This document shows, in pieces, positions 8,733 to 18,763 of a DNA stretch of 34,573 nt. A model generated the notes under the pieces. It was not told where the DNA came from, did not search any database, and worked only from the letters and a program-made list of their open reading frames with translations. The stretch covers positions 1 through 34,573 of the forward strand of contig JAJYMF010000376.1 in assembly GCA_021787175.1 (NCBI GenBank). The letters are read 5' to 3'. Both the position numbers and the translations under genes were made by a program. The DNA comes from Pseudomonadota bacterium (GTDB lineage Bacteria; Pseudomonadota; Gammaproteobacteria; Xanthomonadales; Rhodanobacteraceae). The stretch's first letter is position 1. Each line of letters opens with the position of its first letter.

Positions 8733-10010
8733 CTACAGCCGCGCGCTGCCGGGGACCGGATCCAGCGCCGACTTGACGTCGTAGATCGCCGCTCGGGGTT
8801 TGCCCAGCGCGACCACGCCGGCGGTACCCAGCTCGCGGAACTGCCGATGCGCCACCGCCAGCACGATGGCGTCGTAGGCGCCGGGCTCGGGTTGCGCGAT
8901 GGTCGCGATGCCGAGCTCGCGCAGGGCTTCGCCGGCGTCCGCCCAGGGATCGAACACATCCACCCGCGCCTGTGCGGCCTGCAACTCGTGGACGATGTCG
9001 ACGACCTTGGTATTGCGCAGGTCCGGGCAGTCCTCCTTGAAGGTCAGCCCCAGCACCAGGATGCGGCTGTCGATCACGTGAATGCGCTGGCGCGCCATCA
9101 GCCGCAGCACCTGGTTGGCGACGTAGATGCCCATCTTGTCGTTGATGCGCCGCGCGGCCAGCATCAGCTCGGGGTGATAGCCCAGCGTGGTCGCCTTGTG
9201 CGTGAGGTAATACGGATCGACGCCGATGCAGTGGCCGCCGACCAGTCCGGGCTTGAACGGCAGGAAGTTCCACTTGCTGCCCGCCGCCGCGAGCACGTCG
9301 CGGGTGTCGATGCCCATGGTGTTGAAGATCATCGCCAGTTCGTTCATCAGCGCGATGTTGACGTCGCGCTGGGTGTTCTCGATCACCTTGGCCGCCTCGG
9401 CGACGCGGATCGAGGGCGCCTTGTGGGTACCGGCGGCGACGATGCGGCGGTACAGCGCATCGACGAAATCGGCGGTCGCGGGCGTGGAACCCGAGGTCAC
9501 CTTGGTGATCGTGTCGAGACGGTGCTGGCGGTCGCCGGGGTTGATGCGCTCGGGGCTGTAGCCGCAGCAGAAATCGGCGTTGAAGCGCAGGCCGGAAACG
9601 CGCTCCAGCACCGGCACGCAGACCTCCTCGGTGGTCCCGGGATAGACCGTGGACTCGTACACCACCACGTCGCCGCGCTTGAGCACGCGACCGATGGTTT
9701 CGCTGGCGCGGATCAGCGGGGTCAGGTCGGGTCGCTGCGCCTCGTCGACCGGCGTCGGCACGGTGACGATGAAGACCGTGCAGGCGCGCAGGCCCTCGGC
9801 GTCGGTGCTGAAACTCAACCGCGCGGCGGCGGCCAGTTCGTCGGCCGAGGTCTCCAGCGTGCGGTCGCGGCCGGCGCGCAGCTCGGCCACGCGTCCGGCG
9901 TCGATGTCGAAACCGACGGTGTCGAAGTGCCGGCCGAACGCCGTCGCCAGCGGCAGGCCGACGTAGCCGAGGCCGACGATGCCGATGCGGGGGGAGTCGG
10001 GATGGGACAT
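8733..10010 (-). CDS. tviB: Nucleotide sugar dehydrogenase, TviB/WbpO family (UDP-HexNAc C-6 dehydrogenase)
   Basis: [65 protein letters not shown] and [14 protein letters not shown]. Start is 10010 or 10016. Confidence 0.88.
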   Translation of the reverse strand: MSHPDSPRIGIVGLGYVGLPLATAFGRHFDTVGFDIDAGRVAELRAGRDRTLETSADELAAAARLSFSTDAEGLRACTVFIVTVPTPVDEAQRPDLTPLIRASETIGRVLKRGDVVVYESTVYPGTTEEVCVPVLERVSGLRFNADFCCGYSPERINPGDRQHRLDTITKVTSGSTPATADFVDALYRRIVAAGTHKAPSIRVAEAAKVIENTQRDVNIALMNELAMIFNTMGIDTRDVLAAAGSKWNFLPFKPGLVGGHCIGVDPYYLTHKATTLGYHPELMLAARRINDKMGIYVANQVLRLMARQRIHVIDSRILVLGLTFKEDCPDLRNTKVVDIVHELQAAQARVDVFDPWADAGEALRELGIATIAQPEPGAYDAIVLAVAHRQFRELGTAGVVALGKPRAAIYDVKSALDPVPGSARL

Positions 10011-10124
10011 GGGCATTCGCAGACGGCCGCGGATGCGCGATCGTACCCGCCCGGCCGCCGCCGTGGGCAGGCCGAAGTCCGCGGCCGGCCTGCTAGCATC
10101 GCGACACCCAACCGGAGAGCGCCG

Positions 10125-11558
10125 ATGAGCCTGATGCGATCGCTGCTGCGCCACAAGAGCATCGAGGCCCTGCAGGCCGAGCTGGGCACGCGCCGCGATT
10201 TCCGCCGCGTGCTGGGCCTGTGGCAGCTGACCGCGATCGGCATCGGCGGCATCATCGGCGTCGGCATCTTCGTGCTGGCCGGCCAGCAGGCGGCGGTCAA
10301 CGCCGGGCCGGCGGTGGTGCTGAGCTTCATCGTCGCCGGCATCGGCAGCGCCGCGGCGGCGCTGTGCTACGCCGAGTTCGCCGGACTGATTCCGGTCACC
10401 GGCAGCGCCTACACCTACGGCTACGCGGTGCTGGGCGAGCTGGCCGCCTGGATCATCGGCTGGGACCTGCTGCTCGAATACGCGCTGATCGTCGGCGTGG
10501 TGGCGATCGGCTGGTCGGGTTATGCGCAGGCGCTGCTGGGCGCCGCCGGCATCGTGCTGCCGGTGTGGGCGCAGGGCAGCATCGGCAGCGGGCCGGGGCA
10601 CGTGTTCAACGTGATCGCCGCGGCGGTGTCACTGCTGATCGCGCTGCTGCTGACGGTGCGCACCGAGTGGGGCGCGCGCTTCAACACCACCGTGGTCGCG
10701 ATCAAGGTGATCGGCGTGGCGCTGGTGATCGGCGTCGGCGCGTTCTACGTCAACACCGCCCACTGGCATCCGTTCATTCCGCCGCGCGTGGTCGATTCCG
10801 CCGGCGTGGCGCACTTCGGCTGGCACGGCGTGCTGGCCGCGGCCAGCGTGGTGTTCTTCGCGGTGTTCGGCTACGACACCCTGACCACCGCCGCCGAGGA
10901 GGCCAGGAATCCGCAGCGCGACCTGCCGCGCGCGGTGCTGCTGTCGCTGGCGATCGCGATGGCGCTGTATCTGGCGGTGTCGCTGGTGCTGACCGGCATG
11001 GTCCCCTACGCCAGCCTCGACAACGCCGCACCGGTGGCCGGCGCGTTCCAGGCACTGGGCCTGCACTGGGTGATGATCGCGATCTCGGTGGCGGCGGTGG
11101 CCGGCATCACCAGCGTGCTGTTCGCCTTCATGCTGGCGGCGGCGCGCATCGCCTTCGCGCTGTCGCGCGACGGCCTGCTGCCGGGCTGGTTCGCGCGCGT
11201 GCATCCGCGCTACGGCACGCCCTACCGCCCGACCGTGATCCTCGGCGTGTTCACCGCGCTGGTCGCCGGCCTGCTGCCGATCGGCGAGGTCGCCGAGCTG
11301 ATCAACATCGGCACGCTGATGGCGTTCATCATCATCTGCGCATCGGTGCTGGTCCTGCGCCTGCGCCGGCCCGAGCTGCCGCGCGCCTTCCGCGTGCCGG
11401 CGGTGTGGGCGGTGGCGCCGATCGGCATCGCGTTCTCGCTGCTGCTGATCGCCGGCCTGCCGTGGATCACCATGGAGCGCTTCGTGGTGTGGATGGTGAT
11501 CGGACTGGCGGTCTATTTCTTCTACGGCATCCGCCACAGCCGGCTGGCGCGCGACTGA
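10125..11558 (+). CDS. Amino acid permease (APC superfamily, CAT/YfnA-like)
   Basis: [34 protein letters not shown] and [12 protein letters not shown], with about 12 TM segments. GGAG RBS upstream. Confidence 0.93.
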   Translation: MSLMRSLLRHKSIEALQAELGTRRDFRRVLGLWQLTAIGIGGIIGVGIFVLAGQQAAVNAGPAVVLSFIVAGIGSAAAALCYAEFAGLIPVTGSAYTYGYAVLGELAAWIIGWDLLLEYALIVGVVAIGWSGYAQALLGAAGIVLPVWAQGSIGSGPGHVFNVIAAAVSLLIALLLTVRTEWGARFNTTVVAIKVIGVALVIGVGAFYVNTAHWHPFIPPRVVDSAGVAHFGWHGVLAAASVVFFAVFGYDTLTTAAEEARNPQRDLPRAVLLSLAIAMALYLAVSLVLTGMVPYASLDNAAPVAGAFQALGLHWVMIAISVAAVAGITSVLFAFMLAAARIAFALSRDGLLPGWFARVHPRYGTPYRPTVILGVFTALVAGLLPIGEVAELINIGTLMAFIIICASVLVLRLRRPELPRAFRVPAVWAVAPIGIAFSLLLIAGLPWITMERFVVWMVIGLAVYFFYGIRHSRLARD

Positions 11559-11709
11559 TGCCGATTCGCGATCACGGCGCGAGAGTCGCGTAGCCCGGAT
11601 GCAGCGCAGCGGAATCCGGGAACGAGGCTTCATGGAGCCCCGGATTGCGCCCCTGACGGGGCTCCATCCAGGCTACCGATCGTATCGGCGAAGCGCAACC
11701 GTGTAGGAC
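11555..11709. repeat. ~155-bp REP-cored palindromic element, copy 3
   Basis: gtagcccggatgcagcgcagcggaatccggg ... cccggattgcg...atccaggctac with intact GTAG/CTAC ends, plus the shared flanks. Confidence 0.85.
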
Positions 11710-11717
11710 ACGTAACG

Positions 11718-12941
11718 TCAGGGGCCTTGCAGCGCCGCGATGGCGCGCACGCGGGCCTGACGCAGCGCCTCGCCCAGCGCCGGACCACTGAGCCCCTCGC
11801 GCATCACCTGCGCCGCGCTGACTGCGGCCGCAGCCGCGCGCATGCGCTGCAGCCACGCAGCCTGCGGATAGGCCTCCTCGGCGTGGCCGTTGCGGCCGCG
11901 CCGGTCCGCCTCGCACACCACCAGCAGTTGCGCAAAGCGCTCGGGCCGGCGCAGAGCATCGCTTTGCTCCAACAGATCCAGCACGGTGGCGGGCCGCAGC
12001 TGCAGCGCCTGGTGCACGCGCAGATGTTCGCGGCAGGCCAGCCGCGCCAGTTCGGCGTGTGCGTTGGGCACCTTCAGCCGCGCGCACAGCGCCGCCAGCG
12101 GCGCAAGGCCGGCGTGCTCGTGGCCGATGTGCCGCGGCAGGACGTCCGCGGGCGTCAGCGCCTTGCCGAGATCGTGGGTCAGCGCGGCGAACGCGACCTC
12201 GGCGTCGCCGGGCGCCAGCCGCGCCGCCTGGTCCAGCACCAGCTCGATGTGGAGGCCGGTGTCGATCTCGGGATGGAACTCCGCCCGCTGCGGCACCCCA
12301 TACAGCGCGTCCACCTCGGGCAGCAGCACCGCCAGCGCCCCGCACCCGCGCAGCGTGCGCAGGAAGGCCGACGGCCGCGGCTCGGCCAGCGCACGCGCCA
12401 TCTCCGCCCACACCCGCTCCGGGACCAGATGATCGACTTCGCCGGCGGTCACCATCGCCTGCATCAATGCCTGCGTCTCGTCGGCGACGCGAAAGCCCAG
12501 CGGTGCGTAGCGCGCGGCAAAGCGGGCCACCCGCAGCAGCCGCACCGGGTCCTCGACGAAGGCCGGCGAGACGTGGCGCAGCAGTCGCGCCTCGAGATCG
12601 CGCGCGCCGCCGTAGGGGTCGATCAGGCGCCCGTCGGCGTCCTCGGCCATCGCGTTGATGGTCAGATCGCGGCGCGCCAGATCCTGCTCCAGCGTCACCG
12701 CGGGATCGGCGCGGAACTCGAAGCCGTGATAACCGGGTGCGGTCTTGCGCTCGGTGCGCGCCAGCGCGTATTCCGCACTGGTCTCGGGGTGCAGGAACAC
12801 CGGAAAATCGCGGCCGACCGGCTTGTAGCCCTGTGCCAGCAGCTCCTCGGGACGTGCGCCGACCACCACATAGTCGCGGTCGCCGCCGGCGCGGCCGAGC
12901 AGGCGGTCGCGCACCGCGCCGCCGACGAGATAGATGCGCAT
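11718..12941 (-). CDS. cca: Multifunctional CCA-adding/repair tRNA nucleotidyltransferase
   Basis: [55 protein letters not shown] and an HD domain (HPEIDTGLH...HDLGK). Confidence 0.96.
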   Translation of the reverse strand: MRIYLVGGAVRDRLLGRAGGDRDYVVVGARPEELLAQGYKPVGRDFPVFLHPETSAEYALARTERKTAPGYHGFEFRADPAVTLEQDLARRDLTINAMAEDADGRLIDPYGGARDLEARLLRHVSPAFVEDPVRLLRVARFAARYAPLGFRVADETQALMQAMVTAGEVDHLVPERVWAEMARALAEPRPSAFLRTLRGCGALAVLLPEVDALYGVPQRAEFHPEIDTGLHIELVLDQAARLAPGDAEVAFAALTHDLGKALTPADVLPRHIGHEHAGLAPLAALCARLKVPNAHAELARLACREHLRVHQALQLRPATVLDLLEQSDALRRPERFAQLLVVCEADRRGRNGHAEEAYPQAAWLQRMRAAAAAVSAAQVMREGLSGPALGEALRQARVRAIAALQGP

Positions 12942-13031
12942 GCGTCGATTGTGCCACGCACCGCTGCGGCAACGCGGCGCTTGCCAGGCGAGTCGCCAGC
13001 GGTGACGCTGCGCGCATCTTCGAGAACGCTC

Positions 13032-13847
13032 ATGCAGGCGATCACGCTCGGACCGTTGTTGCTGCCCATCACTCCGCTGCTGGCACTGGCCGCCTGGCTG
13101 CTGGCGGTATTCATCGCCGCGCGTCTGCGCCGCGGTGGCGCCGCGGATGCCGAGCCGGCGCTGTTCGCGCTGCTGCTGCTCGGCCTGCTGGCCGCACGCG
13201 CCGGTTTCGTGCTGGCGCACTGGGGCGTTTTCCGCGCCGCGCCGTGGACGATGCTGGACATTCGCGACCGCGGCTTCCTGCTGTCGGCCGGCATGGCGAT
13301 CGTGGTTCCGGCGGCGGCGCTGCTGCTCTGGCGACGGCCGGCGCTGCGCCGGCCGCTGCTGGCCAGCACCGCTGCCGGCCTGCTGGCCTTCGTGCTGGCC
13401 AGCGGATTCGCCATTGCGCTGACGCCGCAGCGGCTGCCGCTGCCCGACCTCCGCCTGCAGACACTGGCCGGCCCGGCGCAGGCGCTGGCGATCGAGCGCG
13501 GCCGGCCGCTGGTGCTCAACCTGTGGGCCACCTGGTGCCCGCCCTGCCGGCGCGAACTGCCGCTGCTGATCGCCGCCGCGCAGCGCCAGCGCGGCGTACG
13601 CATCCTGCTGGTCGACCAGCAGGAGGATGCGGCGACGGTGCGTGACTACCTGGCCCGCGCCGGCCTCGACGCGCAGGCGGTGCGGCTGGATCCGCAGGGC
13701 GCGCTGGCCCACTACTACCGCGTGCCGGGGTATCCGACCACGCTGTTCATCGGCGCCGACGGCCGGTTGCGCGACGCCCACGTCGGCGAACTGTCCGCCG
13801 CCACCCTCGACGACCGCCTGCGCGCGTTGACCGCACCCGCGCGCTGA
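13032..13847 (+). CDS. TlpA-family disulfide reductase with an N-terminal membrane domain
   Basis: Four hydrophobic segments, then [17 protein letters not shown] and YPTTLF (thioredoxin fold). Confidence 0.88.
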   Translation: MQAITLGPLLLPITPLLALAAWLLAVFIAARLRRGGAADAEPALFALLLLGLLAARAGFVLAHWGVFRAAPWTMLDIRDRGFLLSAGMAIVVPAAALLLWRRPALRRPLLASTAAGLLAFVLASGFAIALTPQRLPLPDLRLQTLAGPAQALAIERGRPLVLNLWATWCPPCRRELPLLIAAAQRQRGVRILLVDQQEDAATVRDYLARAGLDAQAVRLDPQGALAHYYRVPGYPTTLFIGADGRLRDAHVGELSAATLDDRLRALTAPAR

Positions 13848-13856
13848 GCGCTGGAT

Positions 13857-14810
13857 TCAGCGGCCGGCGCGCGCGCGCGCGGCGTCGTAACGCGCCTGCC
13901 GGCCGTGATCGTGCAGCAGCGCCGGCAGGGCCGGCAAAAACGGCCGGGCGCGGATGCCGAGCGCGGCGAGGCCGTCCTCGCGGCCCACCGAATCGAGCAG
14001 CAGCGAGAGAAAATTGTCGCGCGAGATCGGCTTGCCCGGCAGGAATTCGCCGAGCCGCGCCTGCACGCGGCCGAGCGCATCGGGCAGCGGCAGGATCAGC
14101 CGGTGCAGGCCCATCGCGTCGCGGACCGCGCGCACGATCTCGATCAGGGTCAGGGTTTCCGGACCGTACAGCTCGAAGGCGCGTCCCGTCGTGGCGCGAT
14201 CGGCGACCGCGCGCGCGATCGCTTCGCTCACATCGGCGACCGCCACCGGCGCCAGCCGCGCCTGCGGCCGCGCCAGCGGCAGCACCGGCGCGATGCGCAG
14301 CAGCGCCGCGAAGCGCGAGACCAGACCGTCGCCGGGACCGAAGATCACCGAAGGCCGGTGGATCGTCCACGCCAGTCCCGACGCGCGCACCACGGCCTCG
14401 GCCTCGCCGCGCGTGATCAGATACTGCGAGCGCCCCTCGCCGGCGCGCAGCGAGCTCATCTGGTGCAGACGGCCGACGCCGGCCTCGCGGCAGGCGGCGA
14501 CCAGGGTCGCGGTCAGATCGACGTGGGCGCGACGGAAGCGCGCGCCGCCGGTCTCGTTGAGGATGCCGACCAGATTGATCGCGGCGTCGGCGTCGCGCAG
14601 GTGCGCCGTCAGCGTCGCGCGATCGTAGGGATCGGCGTTGAGGATGCGCACCCGGGGCAGCACCGCCAGATCGCGGTGCCGCTCGCGGTTGCGCGACAGC
14701 AGGGTGATGGCGTGATCGTCGGCGGCCAGTCGCGGCACCAGATGGCTGCCGACGAAGCCGGTGCCGCCGAGGATCAGCAGGCGCTGCGGGCGAACGGGGC
14801 GATCGTTCAT
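13857..14810 (-). CDS. NAD(P)-dependent atypical SDR (complex I NDUFA9-like family)
   Basis: ILGGTGFVG, INLVGILNE and RPSVIFGPGD. Confidence 0.88.
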   Translation of the reverse strand: MNDRPVRPQRLLILGGTGFVGSHLVPRLAADDHAITLLSRNRERHRDLAVLPRVRILNADPYDRATLTAHLRDADAAINLVGILNETGGARFRRAHVDLTATLVAACREAGVGRLHQMSSLRAGEGRSQYLITRGEAEAVVRASGLAWTIHRPSVIFGPGDGLVSRFAALLRIAPVLPLARPQARLAPVAVADVSEAIARAVADRATTGRAFELYGPETLTLIEIVRAVRDAMGLHRLILPLPDALGRVQARLGEFLPGKPISRDNFLSLLLDSVGREDGLAALGIRARPFLPALPALLHDHGRQARYDAARARAGR

Positions 14811-14832
14811 GGCGGAGGTCCGGGGTGCGGGA

Positions 14833-15840
14833 TCAGGAGGCGTCGTTGCGCACGCGCAGGACGATCTTGCCGACGTGGCGGCCGGCTTCGAGCGTGCGAT
14901 GCGCGGCGGCGGCTTCGGCCAACGCGAACACGGCGTGGATCTGCGGACGCACGCGACCGGTGTTGAGCAGCGGCCAGACCTTTTCGCGCAGCGCCGCGGC
15001 GATCGCGGCCTTGGCCGCGGGGCTCTGCGGGCGCAGGGTCGAGCCGGTCAGGGTCAGGCGCCTGCTCATCATCAGCGCCAGGTCCAGCGGCGCCTCGCGG
15101 CCGCGCTGGGTGGCGATCTGCACCAGCCGTCCGTCCGTCGCCAGCGCCTGCAGATTGCGCGGCAGGTAATCGCCGCCGACCATGTCCAGGATCACGTCGG
15201 CGCCGCGGCCGGCGGTGGCGGCACGCAGTCCGGCGACGAAATCCTCGTTGCGATAGTCGAAGCAGCGCTCGGCGCCGAGGCGCACGCAGGCGGCGCACTT
15301 GTCGGCGTCGCCGGCGGTGGCGAACACGCGCGCACCGAAGGTGCAGGCGAGCTGGATCGCGGTGGTGCCGATGCCGCTGGCGCCGCCGTGAACCAGAAAG
15401 GTCTCGCCGATGACCAGACGGCCGCGCTCGAACACGTTGGACCAGACCGTGAACAGCGTTTCCGGCAACGCCGCCGCCTGGATGAAATCGAGTCCACGCG
15501 GCCGCGGCAGGCACTGGCCGGCGGGCACCGCCACGAACTCGGCGTAACCGCCGCCGTTGCACAGCGCGCACACTTCGTCGCCGACGCGCCAGCCGGCGGT
15601 GCCGGGCCCGAGCGCGACGATGCGGCCGGACACCTCGAGGCCGGGCAGATCGGACGCACCCGGCGGCGGCGGATACAGACCCGCACGCTGCGCCAGGTCC
15701 GGGCGATTGACGCCGGCGGCACGCACCGCGATCAGCACCTCGCCGGCCCGCGGCTGCGGGCGCGGACGCTCGGCCACGCGCAGCACTTCGGGTCCGCCGG
15801 GCGCGCTGATTTCGACCGCGCGCATCGTCGGCGCGCTCAT
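14833..15840 (-). CDS. NAD(P)H-quinone oxidoreductase (PIG3/Qor family)
   Basis: GGPEVL, AAGVNRPD, YPPPPGASDLPGLEVSG, AAALPETLFTVWSN and VHGGASGIG. ATG overlaps the slt stop (ATGA). Confidence 0.92.
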   Translation of the reverse strand: MSAPTMRAVEISAPGGPEVLRVAERPRPQPRAGEVLIAVRAAGVNRPDLAQRAGLYPPPPGASDLPGLEVSGRIVALGPGTAGWRVGDEVCALCNGGGYAEFVAVPAGQCLPRPRGLDFIQAAALPETLFTVWSNVFERGRLVIGETFLVHGGASGIGTTAIQLACTFGARVFATAGDADKCAACVRLGAERCFDYRNEDFVAGLRAATAGRGADVILDMVGGDYLPRNLQALATDGRLVQIATQRGREAPLDLALMMSRRLTLTGSTLRPQSPAAKAAIAAALREKVWPLLNTGRVRPQIHAVFALAEAAAAHRTLEAGRHVGKIVLRVRNDAS

Positions 15841-17903
15841 CGCGGCGCTCCGCGCGTCTTCGGCGCCGGCTGCGCCGATGCCGCGGCGGCCGGCGCGACG
15901 GACCCGTCGGCGATCGCGGTCGGACACAGCACCGCGCGACGCGCAGCCGCGCCGGCGGGCGGTGCGAACGGCGTGCCGATGCGCGGCATGCGCGCCGAGA
16001 GCGCCAGCGGCGCGCCGTGCAGGCGCCAGTCGTAGATCAGGCTGAAGGCCAGCACGCTCTCGACGTAGCCGCGCGTCTCGCGATAGGGAATGGTGGCGAT
16101 GAACAGATCCGGCGCCAGCGTGCCGCGCGCGTCCAGCCAGCGCGCCACCGGCTGCGACCCGGCGTTGTAGGCCGCGCTGGCCAGCCACGGCGAGCCGTCG
16201 AAGCGTGCCGCCATGCGCGCCAGGTAGCGGATGCCGAGGGTGATGTTGGTGGTGGCGTGATCGAGATCGTCAGCCCCGCCGTAAGACAGGCCGTCGTCGT
16301 GCGCCAGTCGCGCCGCGGTTCCCGGCAGCAGCTGCATCAGGCCGCGTGCGTCGGCGCCCGACTGCGCATCGCTGACCCAGGCGCTCTCGGTGCGGATGAT
16401 GGCGTAGGCCCAGGCCGGATCGATGCCCGCCGCGCGCGACTGCTGCAGCACCAGGTGACGGCGGCCGAGCGGAAAGCGCTGATCGTAGTAGCGCAGCGCG
16501 CGACCGTCGCTGAAGGCGACGATGGCGCGGTCGTACCAGCCGCGGCGGTAGGCGAGATCGGCCGCCCGCAGCCGCTGCGCGGCGTCGAGCCGCGGCCACG
16601 CCGCGTTCCACTCGCGCCGCGCCAGCGTCGGCTGGTCGAGCGCGAACCACTCGAACGCGCGCGCCAGTCCGGGATCGTCCAGCGCCGATTCGGCCTGCAC
16701 GTCGTCGACGCCCGGTCGCAATGGACACAAAGCGTAGGGCTGATCCAGCCAGTCGGCGGCGAGAAAACCGTAGAACGTCGGCTTGCGCGCCAGTGCCGCG
16801 AACTGCGCCTGTGCCTGCGCCGGATGATCCAGTTTGGCCAGCGCCCGCGCGCGCCAGTACTGCCACTCGGCCTGCTGCTGCTGATCGGGATCGAGCGCAT
16901 CCAGCGCCGCCAGCACCGCGGACCAGTTCTCGCGCGCCAGCGCCACCCGTACACGCCATTCGCGCGTCACCGGCGTCTGCGCCGCATCCGGCAGCGCGAC
17001 CAATGCCGCCAGTGCCCCGTTCTCGTAGTCGGTGGCGCGATACAGCGCCAGCGCGGCCGCCACCTGATCGCGCTGCCCGCTGTCGAAGGCGAAGCGCGCA
17101 GTCAGCCGTTTCCACGCCGCCTCCGCCGCGTCGTCATCGCGGATCGCCAGCCGGCGCACGGCCAGCACCACCGCGGCCCGCGCACGCGGGCCATCGGCCC
17201 AGCCCGTCGCCTGGGTCAGCGCGGCCTGCGGATCGCCGAGCGCCAGTTGCAGCCGCGCGGCGGCCGTGCGGTCCTCGGCACCCGTCAGATACTTCGCCGT
17301 CGCGGCCAGCGTTTCGGCGCGACCCGCCGCCACGGCACGATCGATGCGCTGCCACAGCCGCGCCGGCGTCAGCAGCCCCGCTTGCGCGGCCAGATCGAGC
17401 GCGCCCGCGCAAGCCGCCGGCAGGCTCGGCTGATCCCACAGCGCCGCCAGATCGCGCTCGAAATCCAGTCTGGCGCCGGCGGCCCAGCGTGCCTCGATGT
17501 CACGACAGGCCAGGGTGTCGCCCAGCCCCGGGTGATAGAACGCGCGGAAGGTGGTCCAGTCACTGCGCTGCGCCAGCAGCAGGAGATAGTCGCGGCGCAG
17601 ATCGCGCGCCGGGATCAGGCCGGGGTAGCGATCGAGATAGTCCTGCACCTGCGCCGCGCTGGCGTTCCCGAGATCGTGCTCGAGCGCCGCCGCCGGAAGG
17701 TAGGGATACAGCGGATAGTCGTCGAGCCCCGGCGCCAGTGTCTTCCAGCCGGGATCCCCCTGCTGCGCGGCCGCCCAGGCGGCACGGAAGGTCTCGCGCT
17801 GGCTGCCGCGGTCCACGGCATGCGCCACGCTGCCCCATGCCAGAAGCACGGCGACGGCGACAGCGAGCGCCGCATGACCCCGGCGCAACGGGCGGCTTGG
17901 CAT
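15837..17903 (-). CDS. slt: Soluble lytic murein transglycosylase, Slt70-like
   Basis: Signal peptide, YPLYPY, WQYWRARA, FYGFLAAD, catalytic IIRTES, ARGLMQL, AAYNAG and IPYRETRGYV. AAGGAG RBS. Confidence 0.92.
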   Translation of the reverse strand: MPSRPLRRGHAALAVAVAVLLAWGSVAHAVDRGSQRETFRAAWAAAQQGDPGWKTLAPGLDDYPLYPYLPAAALEHDLGNASAAQVQDYLDRYPGLIPARDLRRDYLLLLAQRSDWTTFRAFYHPGLGDTLACRDIEARWAAGARLDFERDLAALWDQPSLPAACAGALDLAAQAGLLTPARLWQRIDRAVAAGRAETLAATAKYLTGAEDRTAAARLQLALGDPQAALTQATGWADGPRARAAVVLAVRRLAIRDDDAAEAAWKRLTARFAFDSGQRDQVAAALALYRATDYENGALAALVALPDAAQTPVTREWRVRVALARENWSAVLAALDALDPDQQQQAEWQYWRARALAKLDHPAQAQAQFAALARKPTFYGFLAADWLDQPYALCPLRPGVDDVQAESALDDPGLARAFEWFALDQPTLARREWNAAWPRLDAAQRLRAADLAYRRGWYDRAIVAFSDGRALRYYDQRFPLGRRHLVLQQSRAAGIDPAWAYAIIRTESAWVSDAQSGADARGLMQLLPGTAARLAHDDGLSYGGADDLDHATTNITLGIRYLARMAARFDGSPWLASAAYNAGSQPVARWLDARGTLAPDLFIATIPYRETRGYVESVLAFSLIYDWRLHGAPLALSARMPRIGTPFAPPAGAAARRAVLCPTAIADGSVAPAAAASAQPAPKTRGAPR

Positions 17904-17963
17904 ACTTCGCTCCTTGTGCGTTCCCATTCTAGCGGAGCGCGCCGGCGCACCCGTGGAGACCGC

Positions 17964-18761
17964 ATGCTGTTCGACTTCGCGCTGTATCTGGCCGTGGGCA
18001 CCGTGGCCGGGCTGCTGGCCGGACTGCTCGGCATCGGCGGCGGCCTGCTGGTGGTGGCCGCACTCAGCTTCACCCTGCCCACCCTGGGCGTGCCGGCAGC
18101 GCGGGTGATGCACGTGGCGGTGGCGACGTCGCTGGCCAGCATCGTGCTGACCGCGATCGCCTCGACGCGCGCGCACTGGCGGCGCGGTTCGGTGTTGCCG
18201 CGTACATTGGCGTGGCTGACTCCGGGACTGGTGGCCGGCGGGCTGGCCGGCGCCGCGGTCGCCGGCCGGCTGCCGGGCACGGCGCTGCGCATCGGCGTGG
18301 CGGCGTTCTGCGCGTTCAGTGCGTGGCGGATGGCGTTCGGCGCTGACGTCGGCGCCGAGCACGAGCACGAGCCGCGGTCGCCGTGGCTGCTGGCCGCAGG
18401 CACCGGCATCGGCGCGCTGTCGGCGCTGGTCGGCATCGGCGGCGGCACGCTGACGGTGCCGCTGCTGGTGGCGCTGAAGGCGCGCCCGGTGCGCGCGGTC
18501 GGCACCAGCGCCGCCTGCGGGCTGGTGATCGCGCTGGCCAGCGCGGCGGGCTATGCGCGCGGCGGCCACGACGCCCAGGGGCTGCCGGCGGGCTCGCTCG
18601 GCTACATCTATGTACCGGCGGCGCTGGCGGTCGCGCTGGCCTCGATGCTGATGGCGCCGGTCGGCGCACACCTGGCGCACCGGCTGCACGCGACCCAGCT
18701 CAAGCGCGTTTTCGCCGCGTTCCTGCTGATCGTCGGCGCGCTGATCGCGAGCGGTCGCTGA
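17964..18761 (+). CDS. Sulfite exporter TauE/SafE family membrane protein
   Basis: Duplicated motif GLLGIGGG / ALVGIGGG, AVATSLA, AVGTSAA and GSLGYIYVPA. GGAG RBS. Confidence 0.9.
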   Translation: MLFDFALYLAVGTVAGLLAGLLGIGGGLLVVAALSFTLPTLGVPAARVMHVAVATSLASIVLTAIASTRAHWRRGSVLPRTLAWLTPGLVAGGLAGAAVAGRLPGTALRIGVAAFCAFSAWRMAFGADVGAEHEHEPRSPWLLAAGTGIGALSALVGIGGGTLTVPLLVALKARPVRAVGTSAACGLVIALASAAGYARGGHDAQGLPAGSLGYIYVPAALAVALASMLMAPVGAHLAHRLHATQLKRVFAAFLLIVGALIASGR

Positions 18762-18763
18762 GC

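Noticed and set aside
8649-13847. Apparent N-terminal extensions or fusions in the ORF track (permease 969 aa, TviB 622 aa, Cca 687 aa, TlpA 706 aa; also Slt 1038 aa and DesA 913 aa elsewhere)
   Set aside because: The extensions are the antisense of the divergent neighbour gene. Real starts are internal, with an RBS, -10 box or family-typical N-terminus.
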